Origin: an uncultured Candidatus Saccharibacteria bacterium
GTDB lineage: Bacteria > Patescibacteriota > Minisyncoccia > Phycocordibacterales > Phycocordibacteraceae
Assembly (NCBI GenBank): GCA_964569655.1
Contig: CAZMTN010000002.1
Span: forward strand, 901 to 64,900
Length of the DNA: 64,000 nucleotides
Direction of reading: 5' to 3'
This document shows, in pieces, positions 27,490-37,725 of the stretch. The translations under genes were made by a program, and so were the position numbers. Positions within the stretch are counted from its first letter, which is position 1; every line of letters starts with the position of its first letter. Under the pieces are notes generated by a model. The model worked only from the letters and a program-made list of their open reading frames with translations, ran no database searches and was not told where the DNA came from.

Positions 27490-27912
27490 TTATGCGCGGG
27501 CGATGACGGTGGTGTTCATCGGGAGCTTCATGCCGGCCTGGCGGAGTGACGCGCGAGCGGCTGCCTCCTCGACGCCGTCGAGCTCAAACAGCACGCGGCC
27601 CGGCTGGACCTCGAAGACGAAGCCCTTCGGGTCTCCTTTACCGGAACCCATGCCCACTTCGGCCGGCTTCGCGGTGACCGGTCGATCCGGGAAGACGCGG
27701 ATCCAGAGCTTGCCTCCCTTTCCGGTCGCGCGGGTGAGCACCTTGCGGGCTGCCTCGATCTGGTTAGACGTGAGGCGGGAGCCCGAGGTTGCCTTCAATG
27801 CGAAGGAGCCGAACGCGACGGTGGTGCCGCGGGTGTCAGGGCGCTCGCGGCGGGCCGGAGACTTTCGTCCGGTCTGCCACTTTCGATGTTTAACTTTCTT
27901 AGGGAAAAGCAT
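27490..27912 (-). CDS. rplP: 50S ribosomal protein L16
   Basis: MLFPKKVKHRKWQTGR... conserved L16. Confidence 0.9.
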   Translation of the reverse strand: MLFPKKVKHRKWQTGRKSPARRERPDTRGTTVAFGSFALKATSGSRLTSNQIEAARKVLTRATGKGGKLWIRVFPDRPVTAKPAEVGMGSGKGDPKGFVFEVQPGRVLFELDGVEEAAARASLRQAGMKLPMNTTVIARA

Positions 27913-27920
27913 ACGTAAAT

Positions 27921-28604
27921 TTATGCGCGCGGCTGGGCCTGCTTATCTGCCTCAAAGGTCTCGCCCTGGTAGATCCAGACCTTGATGCCGATGACGCCGT
28001 ACGGGAGGTTGGCGCGCTCCTGCGCGTAGTCGATGTTCGCGCGGAAGGTCTGGAGCGGGATGCGGCCCTTCTTGATCTGCTCGATGCGGCTCATGTCCGC
28101 TCCCCCGAGGCGGCCGGAGATGACGATGCGGGCGCCGCGGACTTCGCGGACGGCCATCACTTTCTCCACGGTGGACTTGAGGACACGGCGGAACGGCATG
28201 CGCTTCTCGAGGCCCTCGGCGACCATCTGGCCGACGACGGATGCATTGAGCTCCGGCTGGCGGATCTCGACGATGTCGATCTTCACGGTCTGGCTGTGGT
28301 TTGCGGCTGCCTTCTTGATGGCTGCGGCGAGCTCGTTCTTGAGCTTGGTCGCGTTCTCTCCCGAGCGGCCGATGACGAGACCCGGGCGGGCGGTGTGGAT
28401 GATGACGCGCAGCTCGTTAGCCGAGCGCTCGATCTCGACGTCAGCGACGTACATGCCCTTCAGGCGCTTGAAGAGGAAGGCGCGGATAGCGGCATCCACC
28501 TTCAGGTTCTCGCGGAAGGTCTTCTTGTCGCCAGCGAACCAGCGGCTCTTCCAGTCGCGGATGATGCCGAGGCGGTGTGCGTAAGGATGTACGGTGTGGG
28601 TCAT
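27921..28604 (-). CDS. rpsC: 30S ribosomal protein S3
   Basis: KH domain and conserved S3 C-terminal domain; MTHTVHPYAHRLGIIRDWKSRWFA. Confidence 0.9.
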   Translation of the reverse strand: MTHTVHPYAHRLGIIRDWKSRWFAGDKKTFRENLKVDAAIRAFLFKRLKGMYVADVEIERSANELRVIIHTARPGLVIGRSGENATKLKNELAAAIKKAAANHSQTVKIDIVEIRQPELNASVVGQMVAEGLEKRMPFRRVLKSTVEKVMAVREVRGARIVISGRLGGADMSRIEQIKKGRIPLQTFRANIDYAQERANLPYGVIGIKVWIYQGETFEADKQAQPRA

Positions 28605-28611
28605 ATCAAAA

Positions 28612-28929
28612 TTATGCGAGCGTCACGTTGATGCGGCTCTTCTTCTTGCGGATCGGCGTAGCACGGCCCATGGCGCGGGGCATGTAGCGCACCGTCATGC
28701 CGTCGGAGTCGACGGTGATGTTCTTCACCTTGAGGTCCTCGAGCTTCTCGCCCTTGGCCTTCGCGTTCGCGATAGCGCTCTCAAGGAGCTTCTTGATGGG
28801 AGCCGCAGCGCGCTTCGGGAGGAAGGCGAGGGCCTTGAGGGCCTCCCCTACCGGCTTCCCCTTAACGAGGTCAGTCACAAGGCGAACCTTGCGAGGGGGC
28901 TGGTTGTAGTTGCGGAGTTCAGCCTTCAT
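28612..28929 (-). CDS. rplV: 50S ribosomal protein L22
   Basis: conserved L22 (RKVRLVTDLVKGKPVGEALKAL...). Confidence 0.9.
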   Translation of the reverse strand: MKAELRNYNQPPRKVRLVTDLVKGKPVGEALKALAFLPKRAAAPIKKLLESAIANAKAKGEKLEDLKVKNITVDSDGMTVRYMPRAMGRATPIRKKKSRINVTLA

Positions 28930-28932
28930 ACC

Positions 28933-29268
28933 TTATTTCTTAGCGGCCGGAGACGCAGCCTTAGCGGCCGCGATCTCGGACTCGGTCTTCTTCTGCTCGA
29001 TCTCCTTCTGCATCTTTCCGCCGTGGCGGATGAACTTCTTGGTCGGGGAGAATTCGCCGAGGTAGTGGCCGACCATCTCCTCGGAGACGAGGACGTCTAC
29101 GTGGGTCTTGCCGTTATGCACGGCAAAGGTGAAACCGACCATCTCAGGCGCGATCTGGGAGCGGCGGGACCAGGTCTTGATTGCCGAAGACGCAGACGGC
29201 TTCTTGCCGCTGATCTTCTTCAAAAGTTTCTGGTCCACGTATGGGCCTTTCTTGACTGATCGTGACAT
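28933..29268 (-). CDS. rpsS: 30S ribosomal protein S19 (with Lys/Ala-rich C-terminal tail)
   Basis: [19 protein letters not shown]... [13 protein letters not shown] conserved S19; its usual upstream neighbour rplB is displaced 11 kb away. Confidence 0.9.
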   Translation of the reverse strand: MSRSVKKGPYVDQKLLKKISGKKPSASSAIKTWSRRSQIAPEMVGFTFAVHNGKTHVDVLVSEEMVGHYLGEFSPTKKFIRHGGKMQKEIEQKKTESEIAAAKAASPAAKK

Positions 29269-29303
29269 GGTAATTAAAAGCCCGCCGAAGGCGAGATATA
29301 GCC

Positions 29304-29332
29304 AAGATACAGGATGGCGGGAGGGACGTCAA
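29304..29332 (-). promoter_or_regulatory. candidate sigma70-like promoter TTGACG-17-TATCTT for the rpsS-led half of the split S10 operon
   Basis: hexamers with 17-nt spacer ~35 nt upstream of rpsS ATG on minus strand, just inside the island boundary. Confidence 0.35.
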
Positions 29333-29423
29333 ATCGGGCCTCCCTCCTGGCCCGGAGGAGGTGGACGGGATACGGGTTCATGGTATAATCACGGGCAGAA
29401 GTTGCAATTTGGAGAGTACATAC

Positions 29424-29801
29424 ATGGGCTCGAAGAGCACAGATATCGCGCAGCTGATCATCGACTGCCTGAGGATGAAGCCGTCCTTCACCCCCTGGGA
29501 AACCTTGAAGGAGGACATCGAGGACAAGATCCTCGAACGCCACGGGCTGACCGTACGGATCACCGTGGTCCGCTTCGACAACCAGGTCCGCATCGTCACC
29601 ATCGTGCACGATCGGAAGTCCGGGACCATCCGCCTCGAGAAGGAGAAGGACGGGTGGAAACGCAAGCTCCGCATGGGGCTCTATGCGAATCCTTTCGAAC
29701 CGGATCCCCTCCTGCTTGGCGGGAGTCTGGGAACCGCCGAGGACCCGGGAGCGGACAAGCCCATCCCTTGGCCGAGCATCAAGAAACGATCCGCAGCGTA
29801 A
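29424..29801 (+). CDS. hypothetical protein (125 aa)
   Basis: internal ATG with GGAGAG SD; followed by terminator GGGTCGGAAC-GAAA-GTTCCGACCC + TTTTTC (29810-29845). Confidence 0.45.
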   Translation: MGSKSTDIAQLIIDCLRMKPSFTPWETLKEDIEDKILERHGLTVRITVVRFDNQVRIVTIVHDRKSGTIRLEKEKDGWKRKLRMGLYANPFEPDPLLLGGSLGTAEDPGADKPIPWPSIKKRSAA

Positions 29802-29809
29802 TCTGCGGA

Positions 29810-29845
29810 TAAGAGGGTCGGAACGAAAGTTCCGACCCTTTTTCT
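29810..29845 (+). terminator. intrinsic terminator GGGTCGGAAC-GAAA-GTTCCGACCC + T-run
   Basis: 10-bp perfect stem with GAAA tetraloop. Confidence 0.6.
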
Positions 29846-29865
29846 TTGCGGTACACTAGGAGCAT

Positions 29866-30666
29866 ATGACCTTCAACCGCGACGCCTTCATCGGACTCTT
29901 CGTTCTCGGGCTGGTGCTCCTCGGGCTCTTCTGGTACGTAGCGACCCACCCCGCCCCCACCCCAGGGACGGGATTCCTCCCGCAGGGGCAGAACAACGTA
30001 GTGGACCGGGGTCCCCAGCAGATTACCGAGACCGCCGACTGGTACGCCATAGACGCCAAGTACCCGGGCACTACGCCCCTCTCCGTGACCGCAGGAGCCG
30101 AAGCTGAGGCTAATGCCGTCCTCCTCATGAAGACCTTCGAGGAGGGGCAGATAGAGCGCTTCAAGGGGGATCTAGCTGGCTATGACGCGGAATATCGGCA
30201 GTTCCTCGCTGCAGAGGGCCGCAAAGCGAGCCTTTCCATCGATTACGTGGGCTTCGCTTCCCCGAAGACCCTCTCCTACGTCTACGGCATGGTCGAGGAC
30301 ACTCTTGGCGCGCACCCGAATAGCTATTACCGCACCTTCACCTTTGATCTCGCTACCGGCGAAGTCCTCCACCTCGGGGACCTCTTCGAGGACCCCAACT
30401 ACCTCCAGACGCTGAGTACCCTCTCCCGCGAGCGCCTTCCGGCAGACCTGGCTAGCCGTGCGCAGATAACCGTGGACCAGGTGGATATGGATATGCTCAA
30501 CGCCGGCACCGCGCCCTACGAGGACAATTTCATCAACTTCTACATAGACGGCGAGGAGTTCGTGCTCCTCTTCCCGCCGTATCAGATCGCTGCGTACGTG
30601 TACGGGTCTTCCGAGCTCCGGTTCCCTAAGGCGGAGCTCCCGGGATTCAGCGCCGAGTACCGATAG
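29866..30666 (+). CDS. membrane-anchored DUF3298/DUF4163-like protein (RsiV/PdaC-N-terminal-like fold)
   Basis: N-terminal TM (FIGLFVLGLVLLGLFWYV) and C-terminal region NFINFYIDGEEFVLLFPPYQIAAY typical of DUF3298. Confidence 0.5.
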   Translation: MTFNRDAFIGLFVLGLVLLGLFWYVATHPAPTPGTGFLPQGQNNVVDRGPQQITETADWYAIDAKYPGTTPLSVTAGAEAEANAVLLMKTFEEGQIERFKGDLAGYDAEYRQFLAAEGRKASLSIDYVGFASPKTLSYVYGMVEDTLGAHPNSYYRTFTFDLATGEVLHLGDLFEDPNYLQTLSTLSRERLPADLASRAQITVDQVDMDMLNAGTAPYEDNFINFYIDGEEFVLLFPPYQIAAYVYGSSELRFPKAELPGFSAEYR

Positions 30667-30741
30667 AGAAAGCCGCGCGCGGGGCTTTCTTATTTAAAGG
30701 CCGGGTGTAGTATCACGGATGAAACAACGAAGGAGGATTCC

Positions 30742-30996
30742 TTGTTACGATCTTTACCGGCCTATGACACCTTAGGCATGCACGCCTCGTACGAAACGCT
30801 CTGCGAGACACTCGCCTCCCGGGAACCAGGCGAGGAGCAGATGAACCGGGACTTCGTCCGGAACTCGATACTCCGGGCGCGCGAAGAGCGTCAGCAACGG
30901 TTCGAGGGCGCGATCATCACGGCGCGACACCACGCCCCCTCTTCCGAAACTACCGGCTTCTGGAAGCGAGTTTGGAACCACATCATCCATACATGA
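30742..30996 (+). CDS. hypothetical small protein
   Basis: ORF only; no SD or family evidence. Confidence 0.25.
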   Translation: MLRSLPAYDTLGMHASYETLCETLASREPGEEQMNRDFVRNSILRAREERQQRFEGAIITARHHAPSSETTGFWKRVWNHIIHT

Positions 30997-31034
30997 GAAA
31001 AAGGCCCGCGAGTAAGCACTCGCGGGCCTTTCAT

Positions 31035-31577
31035 CTAGCTGATATCGAACGTCAGGCGCTTCGGGAACCGTAGCTCGTGCTTGTCGCCGAGCATCTGGAT
31101 CTCCTTCTTGTGCAGCCCGCGTGCGGACACGGACATGCATCTACGATCGCCGCCCAGAGGCTTAGGGGAATACCCGGGGGAGATCCACCGCTTCCCCGCG
31201 GAGAAACCGCGTCCGTCGAGCAGTATGCGGATCCGGTGCCCCGAGATGGAGACGTCGAGGATCTTCAGTCCTTGCTCGGCCCAGAGGCTTTCCGTGCTCC
31301 TCTGGTAGAAGATCTTCGACCATTCGTTCTTCTCGATCTCCTGGCCGTAGTGATACACGCTGCAGGTGAACTGGACGACGAAATAGGTCTCGGCGAACGT
31401 CCCTTCCCACTCCCAGCGACCCCCCTTCCAGGAAGCTGTCTGGTCCAGCCTGGTTTTCGGGATCAGGGCTGCGCGGACCGCGACCATGACGCCGTTCTCA
31501 AGCGCCTCCTTATGTGAGGCTGAAACCAAAGGCCCGCCTTCGAAGCGACTCTTCGCGAAGATACTGCTATGCTGCAT
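31035..31577 (-). CDS. hypothetical protein (180 aa)
   Basis: ORF upstream and co-directional with the oxygenase/YgjP/hsd block. Confidence 0.4.
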   Translation of the reverse strand: MQHSSIFAKSRFEGGPLVSASHKEALENGVMVAVRAALIPKTRLDQTASWKGGRWEWEGTFAETYFVVQFTCSVYHYGQEIEKNEWSKIFYQRSTESLWAEQGLKILDVSISGHRIRILLDGRGFSAGKRWISPGYSPKPLGGDRRCMSVSARGLHKKEIQMLGDKHELRFPKRLTFDIS

Positions 31578-31650
31578 AGGCTTCCCCTTTCAAGAAAAGC
31601 GTCTTTCCGCTCACTGTATACGCCTCATCCGGGAGTACCGCAACCGGCGC

Positions 31651-32484
31651 CTAATCCACGAACATCTTGTCGAACTCCTCGAAAGGCATGTCGTAGAAGG
31701 AACCGGGCGGCCACTTCTGCTGCGCGCCGAACTTGGTCTTATCGAAATAGCGGGCATTCCTGAAGTTGAAGAAGCAGACCGCGGAGAAGCGTCCGTTCTT
31801 CGCGGTATCCTCGTTCGCGACCACGCGGTGCGAGAGCGCCCGGAGCTGGCAACGTGAGCGATTTTGGAGACCGTTCCCCGCGATGATGACGGTCTGGTCA
31901 TGCGAGAGCGGCATGCTCACCCATTCGCGCGTCTTGAAGTCGAGGCGCTCTACGCCCGAGTCGCTCTCGTAGAGGTGGAGGGTGAATCCTCCCTTGTCGT
32001 TATGCGGGGTGGCTATCTCCTCCCCTGGCGCGCGGGTGCCGAAGTAATGGAGGAAGCGGATGAGCCAGTCCGGCTGCTTGGCGAGGACATCGTCCGCGAA
32101 GTCGGGGATGTCATAAGTCTTCTCGATGGATTCGGCGAAGCTCCTGATCGTCGGGACCATGAGCTCGTTCAACGCGAGCGCCTTCTCGACGAAAGCTGGT
32201 GCTATCACTGGGTCAACCTTCCGCGCATGCTCCATAAGCCGCTCTCGCGCCTCTGTACGCAGATGCATGTTCTCCTTGAGGTCGAAGGTATTCCCTTCCT
32301 TGAGCTCGTACCCGTTTCCGCTGGTCTTCGTGTCTGGGTCATACGGGAAGTTGAGTTTCTGCTCTCGAGGGAGCTCGCAGAATGCTTTCCAAGCAGCTAC
32401 CGCTTCCTCGACGCCCTTACGGAGATCTTCGGGATAGGAGACGTAGAGGCGGCCGAGGGTTTGGAGGTCGTCAAAGTTTTGCAT
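31651..32484 (-). CDS. 2OG-Fe(II) oxygenase superfamily protein (isopenicillin-N-synthase-like non-haem dioxygenase)
   Basis: HxD...H iron-binding pattern (PHNDKGGFTLHL ... LSHRVV) and N-terminal DIOX_N-like region; start at internal ATG MQNFDDLQ (alternative upstream start at 32562). Confidence 0.55.
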   Translation of the reverse strand: MQNFDDLQTLGRLYVSYPEDLRKGVEEAVAAWKAFCELPREQKLNFPYDPDTKTSGNGYELKEGNTFDLKENMHLRTEARERLMEHARKVDPVIAPAFVEKALALNELMVPTIRSFAESIEKTYDIPDFADDVLAKQPDWLIRFLHYFGTRAPGEEIATPHNDKGGFTLHLYESDSGVERLDFKTREWVSMPLSHDQTVIIAGNGLQNRSRCQLRALSHRVVANEDTAKNGRFSAVCFFNFRNARYFDKTKFGAQQKWPPGSFYDMPFEEFDKMFVD

Positions 32485-32638
32485 GACAATAGTATATATG
32501 GTTCGAACTTGATCATCAGGCGGAACCGATCTCCCCTCGTTTGAACCACTGTTTGCAATCATCGACCCTAAAATTGAGAAACTCCGGGCGATGCATAAGA
32601 CCAGTCCGAGGAGATTTGAGCTAGATGTATTTGGACCG

Positions 32639-33310
32639 TTAGATATTTAACACTCCTTCGTTCGCACGAAGCCATGTTTTTGCTTTTTCAAAGGATGGAT
32701 ACATGATCTTTACTCTCGACCAAAAAGAGTCGGAATGATTCTTGTGTTCTAAGTGAGCAAGCTCGTGGACGACCACATAGTCAATGACCCAAAGAGGAGC
32801 CATGATGAGCCGCCAACTAAAGTTAAGGTTGCTGGTAGTGCTGCATGAACCCCAACGCCTGTTAGCGGTCGTTATCTTTATTGAGGAGTAGGAAAGGCCA
32901 GAACGACGAGCGTACAACTCCACACGCTCAGTAATCTGCTTCTTGGCCTCTGTCTTGTACCAAGAAATGAGAACAGCCCGAGCGTTCTTCTTTTCCCTTG
33001 AGCTGAGAATGAAAGCACTCTTGAAGTCGAGCTTCTTCGTTGTCTTCTTATCGAAACGAAGTTTGTAGGTCTTACCGAGGTAGAGGAAGCTCTCTCCTTC
33101 CACGTATTCATGTGCAACGGCTCGTGGTTGTGAGCTTATCTTCGCTGCGGCCTGCCGTATCCAGTTCAGCTTCGACTCTATGAGCCGTTCGATGTAGGAG
33201 ACCGGCGTATTCATCGGTGCGCGAACAATAAGAGACGCATCAGCAGTTATGGCCAATGCGATGGTACGCCGCTTGGAACGTATGAGCTTGTACTTCTTAG
33301 AAGTTGCCAT
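32639..33310 (-). CDS. YgjP/DUF45 (M48-like) zinc metallohydrolase, commonly linked to type I R-M loci
   Basis: C-terminal HELAHLEHKNHS (HExxH) zinc motif; 14-nt overlap with hsdR stop. Confidence 0.7.
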   Translation of the reverse strand: MATSKKYKLIRSKRRTIALAITADASLIVRAPMNTPVSYIERLIESKLNWIRQAAAKISSQPRAVAHEYVEGESFLYLGKTYKLRFDKKTTKKLDFKSAFILSSREKKNARAVLISWYKTEAKKQITERVELYARRSGLSYSSIKITTANRRWGSCSTTSNLNFSWRLIMAPLWVIDYVVVHELAHLEHKNHSDSFWSRVKIMYPSFEKAKTWLRANEGVLNI

Positions 33311-36300
33311 AGATGTGATACGCCAGCTCAGTTATCTTCTGACTGAGAATAAGGCGCTTGCTGAACATTGTCTCATTGCTCTTGAACTCAGTTAAGAGGT
33401 GTGAAGCGATAAAGCCCTTGAGACGGCGCTGTGCAGGAACATTGTTCCAGAAATCGACCATCTCCGTCTCTGTCTTGATGCGCTCCAAGATGTCCTTTGT
33501 AATGCGCACCAGGTTCTCTTTTTGGTCAGCACTTAGGTCTGCCAGGTCAGCAACGCCGTAGACTTCTTTCTTAAGAAGACCGAGGAATGGAAGTTCTTTC
33601 CGACGGTCCAGGCCATAGCTCTCTTCTCCTTCACGGCCCTGTCGCATTTCAATGCGCAGCATCTCAAGCTCACGGGCAAGCTGCTCCCAGTTCTGGTGAT
33701 ACTGCTGGAGCACTTTCTCAAGCTTCTCACTGAACCGAGCATAGAGTTCCGGGTCTTCGTCCGCATGCTTCTCAATGTAGTCGCCTATGGCGTGCTTCAG
33801 CTCGTCAGAGCGAGCCTTCGGTGGCTTTACCTTGGCTTTGAGCTCGAACTTCTCATCGAAGATAGGGGTCGGAGGAATCTTCGGGTCAACGCCCTTGGAT
33901 ACCAGGTACTCGTCGAGGATGTCGCGCACCTTCTTACTTACATCACGAAGGTTAAGCTTCTCGTCGCGGTAGCGATTCCGGGCGACTTGGGCGATAAATC
34001 CGAACTGTTTAAGGTCGCGGCTGTACTTGAGTGCCTCCGGTTTCGGCAGCGCTTTATCCATAGCGTTCGAGAACTTCCTAAAGAGCGTAAGGAAGTCATT
34101 GCGCGTCTCGTCGTCAGCAAGCAGGTCAACGCATACATCTATATCGTCGAGGTCATGCACTTCGTACTTACGGAAGAACTCGGTAATTTCCGCCCGAGCG
34201 TGTTCCAGCTCGTCCATGTCCCGACCTTCATCCTTAAGGACTTCGAGCGCCTCATCAATATCCTCATCGTTGAAATTAGAGAGGGCTTTGCGCAGATGAT
34301 TGACCACACCCACGTAATCGACGATAAAGCCTGCGTTCTTATTCTTCTCGATACGATTCACGCGAGCGATAGTTTGCAAAAGGTTATGCTCCTTTATCAC
34401 GTTATCGAGGTACATCACCTGCTCTATAGGCGCATCAAAGCCGGTAAGGAGCATGCCTTGCACCACAAGAATACCGACATCACCTTCAAGCCCGTCCTCG
34501 TTCTTCTTTCCGTATGGAAGCTTGAATCGAGCGATAGCATCCTCATGCTTCCTGCCGTCTGTATACGGTCGCATTGAAGGGTCGTCATTGTTGCTTCCTG
34601 AAATAACAACTTCCACTTTCATACGAGAGAACTGTTCTGGGTCTACTGAAATCTCAGACTTCGACTTAAGCGAAGTGATAAGGCCTTGAATCCACGCATC
34701 GTTCTGCAAGAGCGTATCGAAAGCTTGCTTGTACTTGATGGCTGCATGACGAGAGGTGGCGACTACCTGAGCTTTGAATCCGTTCGGATAAATCTGGCTC
34801 GCGTAATGCGTGAGCATATCCTCTGCTTTCTCTCGTATGGTTTCATCGGCCTCAAGATACGCCTTCCAAGTGTAGCGGCCCTGGATAAGCGCCTTAGTAT
34901 CCTCGTCCGCTCCTTCAAATACGTCCTCGAAACGCTTGTTCATCGCATCCGTATCGCTGACTTCCGCTTTGTGCGTACGTCCTTCGTAGATGATTTCAAC
35001 CGTAACCCCGTCCTCGACCGCTTCGCGTATCGTGTACTTGTCGATGTAGCTACCGAACGTCTCTTCCACCTTATCTATAGGCGTGCCGGTGAAGGCGATC
35101 TTTACTGAGTTCGGAAGGGACCGGTGCAGGTTTGCTCCAAGCAGCGAAAACTGACTGCGGTGCGCTTCGTCAATAAGAACGAGTACCTGCTCACTCTCGT
35201 TAAGGACCGGGAACTCCTGCATGAGGTCATGCTCTTGGAACTTATGAATCATGCCCATGATGAGGTCAGGGGTCGTTGTAGAAAGGCAGTCCTTAAGCTG
35301 GCTGATGCTTCTCGCTACTTTAAGCGTATAACCAACTCCTTTGGCTGTTTCGCCGAGCTGCTTCTCAAGGTCTGTACGGTCCGTGATGAATACGGTTTTG
35401 AAACCGGTTAGCACTGGGTCGTGGTACATCTTGCGCACCACCATCATCATCGTGAGCGACTTACCTGAACCCTGGGTGTGCCACACGATACCGCCCTTCT
35501 TCGCAGGCGATTCACCCGAGCGCAAACGTTCGATGATTTTATGAACCGTACGGAACTGCTGATAGCGTGGAGCAACCTTAATGACGCGACCCTTGCTGCC
35601 ATCTTGGAACACCATGAAGGACTGAATGATGTCGAGCAGGTTCTTTCGGTCGAGAACGCCCCGTACAAAAATATGCTGGCTCGTGATGGATTCGCTTCCT
35701 TCTGTATCGATTTCAGCAATGGTGGCCGGGTACGGGTCCTTCCACTCGATGAAGTGCTCGTACTCTCCGGTTATGGAAGCATAGCGGCATATCTGTTTGC
35801 TTGTTGCGACTAGAAGCTGGTTGTACCAGAACAGCTTGGCGTTTCCTTCGGGCTCTTCGCCGCGACGGTTCTGATACCGCATGAGTTGCTCGACCGCTTC
35901 GCCCATAGGGTCGGGGAGGTATGCAGACTTACATTCGATAACAACGAGCGGAAGACCGTTCACGAAGAGCACGATGTCAGGGATGATGTGTTTCTCGGTG
36001 CCAGGGATATTTACCTTGAGCTGAGAAATCGCCAGAAACTCGTTGTCCTCAGACTTACTGAAATCAATGAACCTCACGGCTTCAGTTTTGCCAGTGCTCC
36101 TATTCTCGGCAGAAGAACACTGAAGGAGCTTCTCGAAGATATAGCGGTTGTTCTCAACAAGGCCACCAACGATGCCTAGCGTAGTGATTTCTCGTACGAG
36201 AGACGGAAGCTGGTCCTGCTCAAGCCATGGGTTAAGGCGCATGAGGGCAGCCTCAAGCTTCTGTGTAAGGACCACATCCGAAAAGGCCTCACGGAAGGTT

Positions 36301-36464
36301 ATGGTAGGGTCGCCCTTTCCTGCTTCGCCAGCACGCAGAATAGACCAGCCAAGGCCTTCGAGCTGCCGAAGCAGGGGCTCCTCGACGTATTGTATTTCGT
36401 TCAGGATGAGGCGTTTCTTGTCCATGTTAATTTTTACGTCCGCCCATAGGATGGACAGTACCAA
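33297..36464 (-). CDS. hsdR: Type I restriction enzyme R subunit (HsdR)
   Basis: 1055 aa; N-terminal nuclease region, SF2 helicase motifs (TQGSGKS Walker A, DEAH box VLIDEAHRSQ, motif VI QTIARVNR); downstream of hsdM-hsdS. Confidence 0.85.
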   Translation of the reverse strand: MVLSILWADVKINMDKKRLILNEIQYVEEPLLRQLEGLGWSILRAGEAGKGDPTITFREAFSDVVLTQKLEAALMRLNPWLEQDQLPSLVREITTLGIVGGLVENNRYIFEKLLQCSSAENRSTGKTEAVRFIDFSKSEDNEFLAISQLKVNIPGTEKHIIPDIVLFVNGLPLVVIECKSAYLPDPMGEAVEQLMRYQNRRGEEPEGNAKLFWYNQLLVATSKQICRYASITGEYEHFIEWKDPYPATIAEIDTEGSESITSQHIFVRGVLDRKNLLDIIQSFMVFQDGSKGRVIKVAPRYQQFRTVHKIIERLRSGESPAKKGGIVWHTQGSGKSLTMMMVVRKMYHDPVLTGFKTVFITDRTDLEKQLGETAKGVGYTLKVARSISQLKDCLSTTTPDLIMGMIHKFQEHDLMQEFPVLNESEQVLVLIDEAHRSQFSLLGANLHRSLPNSVKIAFTGTPIDKVEETFGSYIDKYTIREAVEDGVTVEIIYEGRTHKAEVSDTDAMNKRFEDVFEGADEDTKALIQGRYTWKAYLEADETIREKAEDMLTHYASQIYPNGFKAQVVATSRHAAIKYKQAFDTLLQNDAWIQGLITSLKSKSEISVDPEQFSRMKVEVVISGSNNDDPSMRPYTDGRKHEDAIARFKLPYGKKNEDGLEGDVGILVVQGMLLTGFDAPIEQVMYLDNVIKEHNLLQTIARVNRIEKNKNAGFIVDYVGVVNHLRKALSNFNDEDIDEALEVLKDEGRDMDELEHARAEITEFFRKYEVHDLDDIDVCVDLLADDETRNDFLTLFRKFSNAMDKALPKPEALKYSRDLKQFGFIAQVARNRYRDEKLNLRDVSKKVRDILDEYLVSKGVDPKIPPTPIFDEKFELKAKVKPPKARSDELKHAIGDYIEKHADEDPELYARFSEKLEKVLQQYHQNWEQLARELEMLRIEMRQGREGEESYGLDRRKELPFLGLLKKEVYGVADLADLSADQKENLVRITKDILERIKTETEMVDFWNNVPAQRRLKGFIASHLLTEFKSNETMFSKRLILSQKITELAYHIYGNF

Positions 36465-37725
36465 CGAGAAGTGCCTTTATCAAACCAAGTCTTATTCGCT
36501 GGAATTTGTTTAAAACTAACAGGCTTGAACTTATATCTTCTGCGGCAGTTCTAAATGTAGTTAGTATTCTCTTTTGTTCTGCCAAGTCTGGGACAGCAAG
36601 AGGCAAAGCATTCAATGCTTGTTGATTTATACTGCTTTGATTTGATGAGTTAATTTGTGCAACGATTTTTTTCCTTACCGCATATGATTTCAAGCAACGA
36701 AAAAGTACCTCAGGAAACATTAACGAGGTATCTACAGAGAGTTTCAGCATATTTGATTCGTATACTGCCTCTTCTGGTAAGTCGCTTATTAAAACAGGCC
36801 TACCTACACCTTCCACGGTTGCAAAGACTCTAGAAACCAGAATATCGCCCTCTTTGAGGGAAAAGGTCTCGAGCTCGTTCTTTGAAAGATTTGCTCTACG
36901 CGCTAGCGAATAGTCTAGCGTTCCATGCCTGGTAAAGCTTGTTTGTCCTACCAACAATGTTCCTGTTCCTATCTCACTAGCGGGCTTGTAGATACCGTTT
37001 CGAGGGTTGGCGATAAGCAATTCGCGAAGAGGTCTAACCTTCCATTCCGAAGGAACTCTCCCTAATGGTGAAGCCTTAAACTTATGTGTTTTCTCGTTGC
37101 GAATTACCCCGTTTTCATCCACACCATATTCAAACAACTCTCGTAGCACGCCGTCCAAAATTCTCTCCTTCTTTTCTACTCTGTTCTCAAGACTGGTAAT
37201 TGTTCTTTTAACGTCCTCGAGAATGGCTACGATTTGACTCTGTTGTTCAACAGACGGTACGCGGACAAGAAGTTTACGGATATGTCTTCCGTAAAGATGA
37301 ACAATGGTTGAGCCTTGCGCAAACCGTGCCAGATTTCTTTTCTCTTCGTGAGTTAGTAGATACGCGATGAAACGTGAGTCAATTTCGCTTCCTGATTTTT
37401 TACGAAGAATGTTTATATCTCCACCAAGAAAGACACGACTCTGCTCGATTGCTGCTGCAGTTGCAACATCAAGAGCTGATGTAGTTGTTGATGCCGGAAT
37501 AAGAACATCTCCCACAACAGAAGGAATTCCTTCGTGCGCGTCAGTGTAGCTCAGAGCTTCCTTTATGACTTCGGAATACGTTGTGTAGAGCTCTCCATAG
37601 AGAAGGCAGGGGTTCTTACCATCTCGGTCTAACTTTTCTTTCGATAAACCTTGACCTTTTTTGAAGTCAAAAACTTCCTCTAGCGCTATTTCTTTCCATC
37701 CATCTACCATGGTCGTCTTGCTCAT
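36427..37725 (-). CDS. hsdS: Type I restriction-modification specificity subunit (HsdS), two target-recognition domains
   Basis: 432 aa with duplicated TRD architecture and conserved central/distal coiled-coil spacers; overlaps hsdM (4 nt) and hsdR (38 nt). Confidence 0.75.
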   Translation of the reverse strand: MSKTTMVDGWKEIALEEVFDFKKGQGLSKEKLDRDGKNPCLLYGELYTTYSEVIKEALSYTDAHEGIPSVVGDVLIPASTTTSALDVATAAAIEQSRVFLGGDINILRKKSGSEIDSRFIAYLLTHEEKRNLARFAQGSTIVHLYGRHIRKLLVRVPSVEQQSQIVAILEDVKRTITSLENRVEKKERILDGVLRELFEYGVDENGVIRNEKTHKFKASPLGRVPSEWKVRPLRELLIANPRNGIYKPASEIGTGTLLVGQTSFTRHGTLDYSLARRANLSKNELETFSLKEGDILVSRVFATVEGVGRPVLISDLPEEAVYESNMLKLSVDTSLMFPEVLFRCLKSYAVRKKIVAQINSSNQSSINQQALNALPLAVPDLAEQKRILTTFRTAAEDISSSLLVLNKFQRIRLGLIKALLVGTVHPMGGRKN

